From NCBI GenBank assembly GCA_964632315.1, contig CAZWEM010000018.1:7894-31893 (forward strand): a stretch of 24,000 bases of DNA. The letters run 5' to 3'. The DNA comes from an uncultured archaeon. Its GTDB lineage: Archaea > Asgardarchaeota > Lokiarchaeia > Sigyniarchaeales > SOKP01. A model generated the notes under the pieces. That model was not told the DNA's origin. It saw only the letters and a list, made by a program, of their open reading frames with translations, and ran no database searches. Within the stretch, counting starts at the first letter, position 1; every line of letters starts with the position of its first letter. Both the position numbers and the translations under genes were made by a program. Shown piece after piece: positions 23,492 through 24,000 of the stretch.

Positions 23492-24000
23492 TCAAGAATA
23501 TAGAACTTCCTCAATTTTCTTTGTTTCTGCGCTTTTATACATTGTCTCAATAATCTTTAGGATCTTTAAACCGTAATTACCATCAGTAAGCGGATCTTCA
23601 TTATTCATTATACAATTTACAAAATATGCCATTTCTTGAGGATATCCAAAATTCCATGCTTCAGATGGGACTGGAAAAGTCCAACCTTTCGTTGAACCTG
23701 CTTTTTCTACGGCATATCCATATCCCTTTTCACTATATACACTAACTAAATTTGAAAAGGTTGGAGCAACTTTCACTTGTCCTTCCGTTCCAAATAGTTC
23801 AAATCGCATATCGTAACCACCGGGAGCCGTCCAAGATTCCTCAAGTATCACTTGAGCATCATTTTCAAAATATAAAATTCCCACTGCATTATCTTCAACT
23901 TCGCAAGTCCCAAATTCACCTCTATCTGGAACTATAGTTCTTGTCTGACAAAATACTTTTGACACTTCGCAATTTAGATACCAAACAAGACAGGCAACGT
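23492..24000 (-). CDS. Gfo/Idh/MocA-family oxidoreductase, C-terminal domain; the 5' end lies outside the window
   Basis: The frame stays open upstream of the listed GTG (23965) to the window edge (...ACLVWYLNCEVSKVF...). ILEESWTAPGGYDMRFELFGTEGQVKV and the C-terminal helical tail resemble the alpha/beta C-terminal domain of this family. Confidence 0.65.
   Translation of the reverse strand, partial: VACLVWYLNCEVSKVFCQTRTIVPDRGEFGTCEVEDNAVGILYFENDAQVILEESWTAPGGYDMRFELFGTEGQVKVAPTFSNLVSVYSEKGYGYAVEKAGSTKGWTFPVPSEAWNFGYPQEMAYFVNCIMNNEDPLTDGNYGLKILKIIETMYKSAETKKIEEVLYS

Noticed and set aside
1027-23937. Many 60-107-aa ORFs in the supplied track lie antisense to, or nested inside, larger genes. 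They are 1027-1230, 2303-2566, 4075-4290, 4710-4946, 6510-6704, 8226-8423, 8808-9008, 10957-11178, 11984-12268, 13457-13648, 15329-15631, 15773-15967, 16757-16978, 16836-17030, 17120-17443, 19553-19831, 19854-20087, 22818-23039 and 23752-23937.
   Set aside because: Each overlaps a longer ORF with clear family motifs on the opposite strand. Their translations are low-complexity (S/I/F/L-rich) with no recognisable motifs. Such shadow ORFs are expected in AT-rich coding DNA.
1-24000. A search for tRNA, rRNA or other structured-RNA genes, CRISPR repeats and IS element termini in the intergenic regions (818-1030, 5222-5425, 7127-7494, 10619-10816, 11504-12047, 14605-14711, 16091-16270, 17917-18095, 22160-22280).
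   Set aside because: No GC-rich, cloverleaf-compatible or conserved-looking segments stand out against the AT-rich background. I saw no long terminal inverted repeats and no spaced direct repeats. Absence by eye is not proof, so tRNAscan, Infernal and ISfinder runs would be needed.

Overview
This is an AT-rich (roughly 30% G+C by eye), densely coding archaeal chromosomal segment with about 27 credible protein genes on both strands. I found no rRNA, tRNA, CRISPR array or intact mobile element. An archaeal origin is supported by a TATA-box-binding protein, a deoxyhypusine synthase and a COG1964-type radical-SAM enzyme resembling tetraether lipid synthase. Three paralogous Rab/Ras-like small GTPases sit within about 12 kb, alongside V4R and longin-like small proteins, so I infer (without verification) an Asgard (Lokiarchaeia-like) genome. 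Housekeeping content: an M24 peptidase fragment, M20 peptidase, class I aminotransferase, two DegT-type sugar aminotransferases, acylphosphatase, a CinA/PncC domain protein, M29 aminopeptidase, an argS-agmatinase-deoxyhypusine synthase operon, and a partial Gfo/Idh/MocA oxidoreductase. The most interesting observations are: (1) a tight GTPase / thioredoxin-like / V4R operon (14712-16090) and a second V4R-like + GTPase pair (3984-5221). V4R is the proposed prokaryotic relative of TRAPP Bet3 subunits, and TRAPP is a Rab GEF, so these may be a primitive GTPase-regulator module. (2) The TBP gene is interrupted by one in-frame TAA inside a 30-nt insertion at the junction of its two repeats, and the insertion carries a perfect 9-bp hairpin. 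(3) A 748-aa BspA/DUF285-type surface protein has about twelve 75-nt coding repeats and two 285-nt module duplicates. All functional calls come from motif recognition by eye. No database search was run.
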